A stretch of DNA of 52,394 nucleotides from a virus (IMGVR_UViG_3300044642_000273:1-52394), one strand, 5' to 3'; positions 21,820-30,634 are shown, counted from the stretch's first letter. Program-made: numbers and translations. The notes: generated by a model from the sequence alone, not told the origin.

Positions 21820-23787
21820 TTACTCCGATTTCTCAAACTCTAAGTGGTCAGTATTTGGAGGAATCGTTACTGAAGGAGGACGACCGTTAACGAATCCTGG
21901 GAAGCGCTTTACTGCGTCATTTATTTGTTTAACTTGTTTATCGTACATAGCTTTTGTATATGTTTTGTATTTGTAACCTGTGCGTTTACTTCCACCAACT
22001 CGGACAGGAGAACCGATTTGACGTGCTAACTGCGCCTTCATTTGACGTGCTAGGTCGTTAATAGGATCTGCTTTGTGAATCTTAGTGTAGGCGCTTGCTA
22101 CGGTTTCTCTAAGTTTAGGTAACTGAGATGTTGAAGTAATAGCGAACGCGTCATGTTTAGACATAACATTCTTAAGTCTAACAGCTACTTCGTCTTTTAC
22201 AGCAGCATCAAAAGATTGAACGAATAAAGGCATAGCAGAGCTTTTAGACTGCTGCGTATTCACTTCTCCAGGAGTGCGAATAGAAATCTTAAATGGATTA
22301 CCGTTTTGATCCTTGAGAGCCACTCGTGTAGACACCATATCGTGTTTCTGAAAGGCCATTTTGAATCCGTTAATAGGATTGGTGTAGACAAAGTTATCAG
22401 GCATTAGCTTGGCAACTTCGTTAAAGCCTTTTTCAAACTTAGCGATTGGAGTTAAGTCAAAATTATTAACCAACTTGGTAGCTAACGATTTAGCTTTTTC
22501 TTTTATAGCTGGAGTAGGGATATTCTTAGAATCGTTTCCATAACCTGCTTTATCTAGAATGGTTTGCGTCGTACTTAAGATAGTTTGACCAGGACGACCG
22601 CCATAAAGGCGTGGAGTATCAACAGCTTTAACAACTTTCTTGATATTTCCTTTATCTTTCATGAGCGTTCCAATATCTAAATCATCAGCAGTGATCTCAG
22701 TACCACCGTTTTTCTTTTGATTAAGAATCGCGTAATAGGGTTTCTCAGGATGCTCAATACCTAACTTCTTCGCAGTGGCAATTGCAGGAGTCTCTTTAAC
22801 CTTGCCGCCCCGTCCCAGTTTTACAGAATCAAGCAACTCTTGATTTCCAGTCATAGCCCCTACGTTAGCACGAGCTGATGATGTGGCGTCATACCATTTA
22901 TGATTTGGATATGTTTCTCCAAGAGTTTTCTCTCCCGCTTTGCGAGCAGCAGCGGTGATAGAAGAAACCTTTGTCTTTAAAAGCTCAGGTGCGTTCTTAT
23001 CGTTAGAATGCACTCGACCTTGAGGACCTAACTGTGAATTAGGAAAGGTTTTACGGCGTAACTCTAGAGACGCAAACGCTGTAGAAGAAGGATCTAATTC
23101 AAACTTTGTAGGGCGAGTATTTGATAAACTCTGTGTAATGGTGAATCCGCCGCCTTCTTTTTCAGCAGCATTTCTGCCTTTAGTAGTTAAACTGATGGCA
23201 TGCGACGTTTGAATTTCTATTTTAGCGTCTATACCTAATGCTCGTACCGTACTTCCACGCATAGGTTTGCCAGTGATTGGGTTTACTACCCTATTGCCGG
23301 TAGTCGCATCCGCATAAGCCCAATGACCGCCTTGCATTTTGCCGCGGCGTTCTACTCTAGTGACGTTTATAAGTCCTTCAGTCTGCAGACGAGACAAAGA
23401 ATCGCCAACAGCACGTGATAATTGCTTACCTTGCAATGATCCTGTATGCTGTGAAATAATGGCGGCTATGTCAGAGGCTTGAGAAGCACCTCGTTCGTTT
23501 AGAAAACGACCCATCTCAGATACGCGCATTGATTGCGTTATAATCGCTCGTCTAACTAATGAGTCTTGTTCAGAGCGCGAAAGTGTGTGGAAAGGAGCGG
23601 TACCAGAAGAAGAACCTGCTACCTTAGCGCCTACAGCGTGAGAAAATCCTTTACCACCCCAATGAGAAGCAAAGCGACCTTTTTCGTCACGATACGGATT
23701 ATAGCCTCGACCTCCAGTTTTACCGCCTTTTCCAGCGGCTTTCTCTATCACATCTAAAGTGACGTTGAAATACTTTCTCCAATCCAT
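21820..23787 (-). CDS. diverged single-subunit (T7-like) RNA polymerase-like protein, candidate virion RNAP
   Basis: Ordered motifs GPQGRVH (DxxGR-like), YDATSS (motif A), KKVVK-x7-YG (motif B), PLFVQSFDA (PNFVHSxD-like), KHDAF (motif C); N-terminal NPYRDEKGRF motif. Confidence 0.7.
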   Translation of the reverse strand: MDWRKYFNVTLDVIEKAAGKGGKTGGRGYNPYRDEKGRFASHWGGKGFSHAVGAKVAGSSSGTAPFHTLSRSEQDSLVRRAIITQSMRVSEMGRFLNERGASQASDIAAIISQHTGSLQGKQLSRAVGDSLSRLQTEGLINVTRVERRGKMQGGHWAYADATTGNRVVNPITGKPMRGSTVRALGIDAKIEIQTSHAISLTTKGRNAAEKEGGGFTITQSLSNTRPTKFELDPSSTAFASLELRRKTFPNSQLGPQGRVHSNDKNAPELLKTKVSSITAAARKAGEKTLGETYPNHKWYDATSSARANVGAMTGNQELLDSVKLGRGGKVKETPAIATAKKLGIEHPEKPYYAILNQKKNGGTEITADDLDIGTLMKDKGNIKKVVKAVDTPRLYGGRPGQTILSTTQTILDKAGYGNDSKNIPTPAIKEKAKSLATKLVNNFDLTPIAKFEKGFNEVAKLMPDNFVYTNPINGFKMAFQKHDMVSTRVALKDQNGNPFKISIRTPGEVNTQQSKSSAMPLFVQSFDAAVKDEVAVRLKNVMSKHDAFAITSTSQLPKLRETVASAYTKIHKADPINDLARQMKAQLARQIGSPVRVGGSKRTGYKYKTYTKAMYDKQVKQINDAVKRFPGFVNGRPPSVTIPPNTDHLEFEKSE

Positions 23788-23797
23788 TTATAACTCC

Positions 23798-25441
23798 TTA
23801 AACGATCATCGACTCAATGTCAGTTAGTGCCAAGTTGGCATCACTTAATAAATACACAGACATCGCTAAAGCCACTAAAGGGTCGATGCGTTGGCTTGAC
23901 TTAGATTTATCTAATTTTCTATTACCTGTTGGATCGGAAATAACGATCGCATTAGATGCTGCCATGTTTAACAATGGATGAGAAGCATGCCGTAGTAGTT
24001 TCTGTAGTAACAGAGACTCAAGTCCTTCTAGTCGCAACGAGAAATCTTTGAAGCCTTGGCCAACAGGCAACCATTCAGAGTCTTGTGCGAAGTTAGCCTT
24101 CTCAGCAGCAACTTTGAAGTCATCAATACGCCATCTATCGAATGACACAGAAGCGATATCCCAACCTGCAGTACGCAAGGCTAACTCTTCAGCTAACATC
24201 TCATAGTTTAAATGAGAGCCTGGAAGAGCGATAAGGAATCCGTCTTTGGCCCACTGATCGTAAGGAACGCGGTCTGTTAGAGATCGGTCCATTAGAGTAT
24301 CTAGTGGAGAAAAAACGAATGGTGTAGAATGCACTTCACCTGTTTCTGGGTCACGTACGCTAGCAACAGCAGCTGTCAAGTCGTTTCTTGAGGATAAGTC
24401 AAGACCGATATGCACAGGGTATTTTGTGAATAACTCTAAATCAACAGGACCGTTACACTCCTTCCAAACGCTTGGAGAGACGAATAATGTGAGTAATGAT
24501 ACTCTTTGATTTAGTAATAGGTTTCTTGCGGCTGCTTCGGCCGCGGGCATGCGGGCTGCTTTCTCTAACTGTTGGCGTAAGTCTTCAGAAGAGCGAAACA
24601 CACCTAATGCCGGATTGGCTTTAATCCATTGTGATTCGTCAAGAAGGTCACAGTCTTTCTCCGCCTCGTAAACGTGGCAGACAACTGTAGAGTCTTCGTT
24701 GCGTTCAGCATCGTCAATCCACATACTTAATAAATCAGAATCAGAAGCAGCTTGCGTCGAAATAACGAAAAGCAAAGGATCCTTATGCGCTCCTTGGGAT
24801 GTCGTGATCGCTTCGATAAAAGCGTCTCGAGGTCCCACAACCTGACCAACTTCATCTAGTACGGCAATGTAAGGCGATAAGCCTTGCGCTGTCGAACCAT
24901 CTTTTGCTAGTGCTTTGTATTCTGTATTGGTGGTGATGCCTTTTAAACGCTTTCCTGATGGAATAACTTGGCATCTTTTTGACATGTTAGGATTTAATCC
25001 TATCATCTTAGACATAGCGGTGAAAAGAATCGCCGCCTGTTCGCGTGATTGGGCACCTGACACGATCTGAGCATTCTTTGGCGCTAAAGGGCCGATGATA
25101 GACGCTAGTACGAGTGGTGCAATAATTGTTGATTTGCCGTTTTTACGTGCAATAGATAGAATTGCGGTTTTCGTTAGACGATTACCTTCACTATCTTTGT
25201 TGTCGTAAATAGAACGGATAAAAGCTCGCTGAAAAGGGAGCAATGTGATAGGCGTACCTACCAATGCGCCTTCTGGGACTAGACATTCTTTATGTACGAA
25301 CTGCATGACTTTCTCAGCGTCTGTGAGTAAATCCCACTTGATTTTCGAGAAATCTCTATCTCGAGGGATTGGACCGCTTTTTATAGCGGCTTGGACTTCA
25401 GGAGGAAAATCATACCATTCTGGTGTTGTGTAATCAATCAT
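23798..25441 (-). CDS. terL: terminase large subunit
   Basis: LLPFQ, ARKNGKS Walker A, AVLDE Walker B, ISTQ coupling motif, GLDLS and RIDP.VA nuclease motifs. Confidence 0.96.
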   Translation of the reverse strand: MIDYTTPEWYDFPPEVQAAIKSGPIPRDRDFSKIKWDLLTDAEKVMQFVHKECLVPEGALVGTPITLLPFQRAFIRSIYDNKDSEGNRLTKTAILSIARKNGKSTIIAPLVLASIIGPLAPKNAQIVSGAQSREQAAILFTAMSKMIGLNPNMSKRCQVIPSGKRLKGITTNTEYKALAKDGSTAQGLSPYIAVLDEVGQVVGPRDAFIEAITTSQGAHKDPLLFVISTQAASDSDLLSMWIDDAERNEDSTVVCHVYEAEKDCDLLDESQWIKANPALGVFRSSEDLRQQLEKAARMPAAEAAARNLLLNQRVSLLTLFVSPSVWKECNGPVDLELFTKYPVHIGLDLSSRNDLTAAVASVRDPETGEVHSTPFVFSPLDTLMDRSLTDRVPYDQWAKDGFLIALPGSHLNYEMLAEELALRTAGWDIASVSFDRWRIDDFKVAAEKANFAQDSEWLPVGQGFKDFSLRLEGLESLLLQKLLRHASHPLLNMAASNAIVISDPTGNRKLDKSKSSQRIDPLVALAMSVYLLSDANLALTDIESMIV

Positions 25442-26019
25442 AAATCAATCCAAACGTGCTTGTATCCTGTTTTAGTTTCGTAGCGTTTTGTCCAGGTCCA
25501 GCATGTAACTTTGCCATCATCTAATGAGACAACTTTACGAACTGACTTAGCCTGTGCTAGTTTAAATGAACCGTTCTTTACAACTGCTTCTCCGCCTTTT
25601 CGCGCTCTAATGGCTTTATCTTCATTAGATTGGTTAGCGTATCCTACCTTACCAGCTAAAGAGCGGGCAAGTCTACCTTCATCGGTTAGAGAGTATTCTT
25701 TAAGTTTGCGAGAAACGGTATTTCTAAAATTCTCTGATTGCCATAGTTTAGTGGACAACTCAGATTGAATCGCTGCTTTCTCAATAGGTGAGATTTTCAT
25801 ACGATTAGCGATAAGTTTGCAAGCCGCAAAATCGCGCTGTTCGTAATGAATAGCATAATGCTCGTCTATAGTGACAAGTTTGAGATTTTCAATACGATTA
25901 TCATTATGATTACCATTGATGTGATGAATCTCATAACTACGACCTTGCTCATCCTTTGGTATGGCGCCAAAGGCGTTTTCCCATACTTTACGGTATTTCT
26001 TAGTTTTGGTGATTACCAT
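25438..26019 (-). CDS. free-standing HNH homing endonuclease
   Basis: YEIHHINGNHNDNRIENLKLVTIDEHYAIH; basic C-terminal part. Confidence 0.85.
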   Translation of the reverse strand: MVITKTKKYRKVWENAFGAIPKDEQGRSYEIHHINGNHNDNRIENLKLVTIDEHYAIHYEQRDFAACKLIANRMKISPIEKAAIQSELSTKLWQSENFRNTVSRKLKEYSLTDEGRLARSLAGKVGYANQSNEDKAIRARKGGEAVVKNGSFKLAQAKSVRKVVSLDDGKVTCWTWTKRYETKTGYKHVWIDL

Positions 26020-26315
26020 TCACATCCTTTAGGGAATCCATCTAGGCCAATCTGTGGTTTTTCTTTGTACGTCTCAGAGCGACCTAGAGAGGTGCTAAGG
26101 CGTGCATGGCACGATGGGCATAATGTTCGAAGATTATTCAAATCTAATGATAAGTGTGGAAATTCTTTCAAAGGCTTTATGTGGTCAACTGTCATCCGGG
26201 GTGCATTTTTAAAACAGAGCACACAATGATTGTGGTCTCTAATTAGCACTAGTTTTCGGACTCTACGCCACTGTGGAGAGGCATAGAATTTCTCTGAAAT
26301 GGACTTAGCGGGCAT
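26013..26315 (-). CDS. terminase-associated HNH endonuclease (HK97 gp74-like)
   Basis: FY.S.QW...R..VL.RD...C..C...VDHIKP......NL.TLC..CH; likely start MPAKS at 26315. Confidence 0.85.
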   Translation of the reverse strand: MPAKSISEKFYASPQWRRVRKLVLIRDHNHCVLCFKNAPRMTVDHIKPLKEFPHLSLDLNNLRTLCPSCHARLSTSLGRSETYKEKPQIGLDGFPKGCEW

Positions 26316-26432
26316 AAGGACACCTTTGGTTTGATGCAAAACATACTTTATGAGTAACCCTGGAGGTATACCAGGATTACGGTAAAGCACGCTCTGAGTA
26401 ACCGCAAGTTTTAGCTTGCGTAAGCACAGCGT

Positions 26433-26882
26433 CTAGCTAGCGTATAACACAGTAACATCTTGGATTATGTCTGAAACTTGTTGGGCAGCTTTAGTCGCTC
26501 CATGAAAGCGAGAGGCTTGACCGTGAAGTTGAGACGGTGTAAGTTGTAAAGTGGTCTGTAAGGCACGGATCACAGGAATCTTAGAATTCGCCAAGCGGTT
26601 ATACTTCTCCGCTTCTTTGAGATCGTGAGCTATTGCAGCTTTAATCTCTAGCCGATTGTAGTGAGATGCCATATAGATCGCTTCACATAAAAGCTTGAGT
26701 TGCTCTACATATACTTCATTCCACCAGGTAACAGGTCTTAAAGGAATGGTCATTTCGATCATTCTTTGCACTGGACCTGGTGTTCCACGCTTGATTGCGT
26801 CTACTACGGGCTGTAGAGCCACAGCAGCGGCGTAGGCGTCTGTCATACCGTCTTGGGTATTTACTTTAGAGGCGTCATACAT
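26433..26882 (-). CDS. probable terminase small subunit
   Basis: 149 aa helical protein upstream of HNH/terL; W...L..LC.A and L.LTP motifs as in P27-family terS. Confidence 0.6.
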   Translation of the reverse strand: MYDASKVNTQDGMTDAYAAAVALQPVVDAIKRGTPGPVQRMIEMTIPLRPVTWWNEVYVEQLKLLCEAIYMASHYNRLEIKAAIAHDLKEAEKYNRLANSKIPVIRALQTTLQLTPSQLHGQASRFHGATKAAQQVSDIIQDVTVLYAS

Positions 26883-27104
26883 TGCAAAGGGCTCCTAGCG
26901 GGCGCGGTATGCGCGTTATGCGTGTGGGTGTGAAGGAAAAAGGAATGGTGAGCTTGTGTCGTGGCTCCGAGAAGCAGACGCAAATCAAAAAAAGAGGTAC
27001 GACGATTACGAGCCTACAGTGAAGATTTCCTCAATAGCCCCAATCAACTGCGGATTGAAATTATTTTAGAGTCATCACATGTAGGCGTGAGTAACACAGT
27101 ACTA

Positions 27105-27755
27105 CTATACTACGAGGTGGGCGTGGCGTGGGTACACGTGTAGAGAGGCCGCATTCCATATCATCTCACCTAACTCAAGAGTAGGGTAAGTGGTACGTAG
27201 GTCGGTCAACGCTTGAGCGTGTACGTAGTCATGCCATGCTTTATCTCCTTTATAGCCGAAGATAGCGTCGTTAGACCTCATGTAAACAAAGTAGTACAAC
27301 TTATCGTTACGAATAAACAATTGAGTAGAGTAGGTACAGATCATGTCTTTCATACCTAATCTAGTACTATCGGTATGTATAGACGGTCTAGTGTAGATCA
27401 TGTTACCCTGTCTACTATACCTATCTTTCTTTAGTGTATTGATTACATAATCGTATTGACTACCGTTCTCTTTACTCCAGATACACCAGCCGTAGTTACT
27501 ATTGACATTACCCTCTGTAGAGGCTATACTCCGCCAGATACTAGGTATAGGAGCAGGGATGTCCTGTATAGATAGACTCTGGCTCTTATACCACTGTAGC
27601 TCTCTAGCATTCCACTCCTGATTAACAGTACCAAAGATAGCTGTTTCATCTGCTACAAAACTAACATTCAATAGTTCTAACATACCTGTTTCATCAGGTT
27701 GTACAGTCCTAAAGAAGTTTCTAATACTTTCAACATTATAAGTTGTAGTCAACAT
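27105..27755 (-). CDS. dCMP hydroxymethylase (T4 gp42-like, thymidylate synthase fold)
   Basis: NSNYGWCIWS, SRQGNMIYTRPS, GMKDMICT (catalytic Cys), MRSNDAIFGYKGD.AW with Asp at the dCMP-specificity position, WNAASLHVYPRH; closely follows T4 gp42. Confidence 0.85.
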   Translation of the reverse strand: MLTTTYNVESIRNFFRTVQPDETGMLELLNVSFVADETAIFGTVNQEWNARELQWYKSQSLSIQDIPAPIPSIWRSIASTEGNVNSNYGWCIWSKENGSQYDYVINTLKKDRYSRQGNMIYTRPSIHTDSTRLGMKDMICTYSTQLFIRNDKLYYFVYMRSNDAIFGYKGDKAWHDYVHAQALTDLRTTYPTLELGEMIWNAASLHVYPRHAHLVV

Positions 27756-28375
27756 TATTCTTTATCCTTAAAAGGAGTACCTGATTGAGGCCGATCATCA
27801 CCCTGTTTATTGATATAAGAGTGTTCGATCATAAATAAAATGTTACAAGCGGCATGAGCTAAATGAGAAAGTTTAGTTTCTTCATCTAAATCTTCGCCAG
27901 ACCAGAATTGCATTAAATGCCTTTGTGTGGCAGAATAACATCTTGACCAGGCAATCATTTCGCCTTCTCTCCAAGAATTTGCACCATACTTATCAGCACC
28001 GATAGACAATACTTCGGCAATGTCTTTTAATGGACGTACAGGAAGTAAATCTAATCTTACTTTGCCAGAATCAAACTTTGGCGCTTTACCTTCGATAAAC
28101 TCAACTTTATCTTTAGTTTCAATTTTGCATTCTCTAGTTGTCATAATACTTTCTTTATTTGATGTTGGGCTCCCAAGCAACTCTTGAGTTGGGCTCCTAG
28201 GCGTCTTAGCGCTACTAGGCATAGGCTCAGTAATCGCCAAGACTGTAGGCCAAGGATGAGTAGCCTTGAGTTCGTCTTGCTGTCTCTGATTCTCTAACTC
28301 ATTCTCTCTACGAGCTACGTAATCTGCCAAAGTCATATCTAGACGATAGGCCTTTCTTTTATCACGGAAGCTCAT
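27755..28375 (-). CDS. dATP/dGTP diphosphohydrolase-domain (DUF5664-like) protein
   Basis: KFDSGK.R.DLLP, GADKYG.NSW..G, RH...F..GED.DEE..L.HLAHAACN; probable start MSFRD at 28375 overlapping the upstream stop. Confidence 0.85.
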   Translation of the reverse strand: MSFRDKRKAYRLDMTLADYVARRENELENQRQQDELKATHPWPTVLAITEPMPSSAKTPRSPTQELLGSPTSNKESIMTTRECKIETKDKVEFIEGKAPKFDSGKVRLDLLPVRPLKDIAEVLSIGADKYGANSWREGEMIAWSRCYSATQRHLMQFWSGEDLDEETKLSHLAHAACNILFMIEHSYINKQGDDRPQSGTPFKDKE

Positions 28376-28785
28376 TCTACATTCTCCATAGCCAAAGTAC
28401 GCTGGACTAAGATTTGAGTATGAGTGTCTTCTGGACCTTTCCATCCTTCTGGCTTTACTAGGTCGGTTTTAAAACCACCTCTCTTGTTTCCGTTCTGACC
28501 AACCTCTTTGGCGAGGTTACAAGCCATCACAGCATCAAAGCCACTTTGGAGTGGAAAACCATGTTTGTCTAAACTACCTACAGCGAATACTATCAAGTCT
28601 AACAAAGCATCATACTGCTCTACTAGAGTATCGGCTTCGGCATACTCGTTTAATTCTTCTTGCATTGCGGCTATTCTAAACGCCTTCTCTTCGTAAGGGA
28701 GGTGTCTAGGCGGACCGTTATAATCGATACCAAACTTGGTATGCATGGTATTCAAGGCGGTTAGTAGGTTATTCTCTGCTGTCAT
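28372..28785 (-). CDS. MazG-like / PRA-PH family NTP pyrophosphohydrolase
   Basis: EELNEY...DALLDL.VFA.G, V..CNLAK, LVKPEGW.GP. Confidence 0.8.
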   Translation of the reverse strand: MTAENNLLTALNTMHTKFGIDYNGPPRHLPYEEKAFRIAAMQEELNEYAEADTLVEQYDALLDLIVFAVGSLDKHGFPLQSGFDAVMACNLAKEVGQNGNKRGGFKTDLVKPEGWKGPEDTHTQILVQRTLAMENVE

Positions 28786-28992
28786 GTTATCTGCTCACTC
28801 TTGGTTAATGTAATCTTTAGGTAACCTAAGCATATCCTATACAGGTCTTTGCTAGGTCTATAGTAAGGTTATTTATAGTAGTATCTATAGAGTAGTATCC
28901 CTAGGCTAAATACCTAGGACTGCTAAGGATATCTTATACTACTCCTATAGGGATACCGGGCAGGTGGTATGTAGTGGTAACCACACGGCTTC

Positions 28993-29011
28993 TTTATAGG
29001 GATACTCAAGT
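28993..29011 (-). promoter_or_regulatory. 19-bp repeat copy 1 (ACTTGAGTATCCCTATAAA on minus), candidate phage-RNAP promoter
   Basis: Identical to 29172-29190; 14-bp core recurs on plus at 40265-40278. Confidence 0.5.
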
Positions 29012-29171
29012 CATTCTTACAGGTTATGTCGTGGTGGGCTAAAGATGTAGTGGTCGCTGAACTGCTGTATAAGATACTTCCTAATCTTCTCTTATACCTT
29101 ATCCTATACATCGTCTTTGACGGATAGGAGCGCTCTATGATCTTGCCCAAAGACGAAACCCCTGTTTTTGG

Positions 29172-29190
29172 TTTATAGGGATACTCAAGT
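29172..29190 (-). promoter_or_regulatory. 19-bp repeat copy 2, candidate phage-RNAP promoter
   Basis: Exact repeat of 28993-29011. Confidence 0.5.
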
Positions 29191-29204
29191 TAGCTACTAT
29201 CACA

Positions 29205-29367
29205 TAAGTTATTGATTTGTATACCTTTTTATCCCAAGGAGCTAAGTTATTGATTTTAAACACTATTTTATAGACACCGAAGGTATACCGACAAACGATG
29301 GAAAAGTGCTCTAAGTTATTGATTTTAAACGAATTGTGAAATCCAGGCTAAGTTATTGATTTTAAAC
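29205..29367. promoter_or_regulatory. four TAAGTTATTGATT repeats matching the IHF consensus
   Basis: Copies start at 29205, 29243, 29312, 29349; reverse complement AATCAATAACTTA fits WATCAANNNNTTR. Confidence 0.6.
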
Positions 29368-29520
29368 GATTTTTCAACAATACCCTGAAAAACGACCTTA
29401 GATCAATACCCGGTATACCCTAGATGTCCATTTTTGTACTGGTACCCAAGAAAAGATAATTTAGCTGAAAAGACTGAATAATCTCACTTACTTATTATTA
29501 GTATTAATATGTTACTAGAT

Positions 29521-29615
29521 TAACTGAATATCGAATATCGATAACTGGCGTAATAAATATAATAACTGAATATCTTAACGGATAACTGGAATAATATGAA
29601 TCGTGAGATTAACTG
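29521..29615 (+). repeat. phased TAACTG direct repeats in AT-rich DNA
   Basis: TAACTG at 29521, 29542, 29563, 29583, 29610. Confidence 0.5.
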
Positions 29616-29667
29616 GAAATTATCTAATCTATATATTAATTTCATATTAACTTAAAGGATAAATATT

Positions 29668-30015
29668 ATGAAAAACTTTATTACTGTATCTCTTGATGGT
29701 TTAGGTAAATTCGTATTAACTGAAACTCGTTTAGTAGTTCAAAACACTGTTATTGTTGAAACCGATAATACAGCTGAATTAACTACAGCTATTTCTAATT
29801 TAACTGAATATAAACGTGCTCAGTTTACAGAAGACGCTAAAAGCGAATTTAAACGAATTGAAAAGGAAGCCAAAATGGCTAACAAACTTAAAAACGACGT
29901 AAAACGTCAAGAACGTGAAGCTAAGAAAGCAGAACGTAAACAAGCTCAAGAAGCTAAGCTAATCGAAAGAATGGCTAAACTTCAAGCACAACTTGAAAAA
30001 GTAAAATCAGCATAA
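29668..30015 (+). CDS. first early gene, basic coiled-coil C-terminus
   Basis: AAAGGA RBS; 115 aa; TAA stop lies in stem I of hammerhead 1. Confidence 0.75.
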   Translation: MKNFITVSLDGLGKFVLTETRLVVQNTVIVETDNTAELTTAISNLTEYKRAQFTEDAKSEFKRIEKEAKMANKLKNDVKRQEREAKKAERKQAQEAKLIERMAKLQAQLEKVKSA

Positions 30016-30061
30016 CTGATGAGTCCTTTATGGACGAAACTACCGAAAGGTAGTCTTATGC
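30010..30061 (+). ncRNA. hammerhead ribozyme 1 (type I)
   Basis: GCAUAA-CUGAUGA-GUCC(UUUAU)GGAC-GAAA-CUACC(GAAA)GGUAG-UC/UUAUGC; predicted cut after 30055. Confidence 0.95.
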
Positions 30062-30487
30062 ACAGAGTGAGCGAAAGCTAATACTTAACCTGCTATTATC
30101 GATTAAGAAGTACGATAAAATACGGGTATTATGAAAAATCAACGAGCAATACGTAATACTGTGGGTGCAAACACTAATCATGTTAGATTCAAGAGGAATG
30201 GACTTGTAAGACTATTCAAACCAAAGTATATGACTAGAGCATATGCAGTTAATTAGTATCTAGAAACTAATTCTTATCCATGAGAGTTCATGAGATCGTT
30301 CGTTATATCGAATCGTTAAAAGAATATAAACGGTTAAGTGGATATGCCGTTCTTACCACAGTAGAGTAATGCACTTAAAATCAGACGCATTCATCGAGCC
30401 AGTGATCTGCAGAACGATGTAAAAGTAATCGAACAGATCCGTTTTGAGGACAACGTAAAAGTCCTCACCAATTATAGTAAAGGAAAT

Positions 30488-30634
30488 ATGAATAAAATTA
30501 TATATAATGGACTTACACGTCCGCAAATGGTTTCTATGATTCACATGGAAACTGATACTTCATTCTGGTGCTACAAAGTGTCTGATGAAGAATTAATCGA
30601 AGGTTTTAAACAAATCTTTGGTACATCTAACTGA
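30488..30634 (+). CDS. small hypothetical protein (48 aa, not in the ORF track)
   Basis: AAGGA RBS, ATG 30488, MNKIIYNGL...FGTSN; TGA stop is inside the CUGAUGA core of hammerhead 2. Confidence 0.6.
   Translation: MNKIIYNGLTRPQMVSMIHMETDTSFWCYKVSDEELIEGFKQIFGTSN

Noticed and set aside
26883-27104. cos site in the GC-rich gap upstream of terS
   Set aside because: The position is plausible but no recognisable cohesive-end sequence can be supported without read-end data.
27755-28785. Z-base (diaminopurine) or 7-deazaguanine system suggested by the DUF5664-like and MazG-like genes
   Set aside because: No purZ or queuosine-pathway/dpdA genes are seen in the window; the hydroxymethylase and glucosyltransferase point to cytosine modification.
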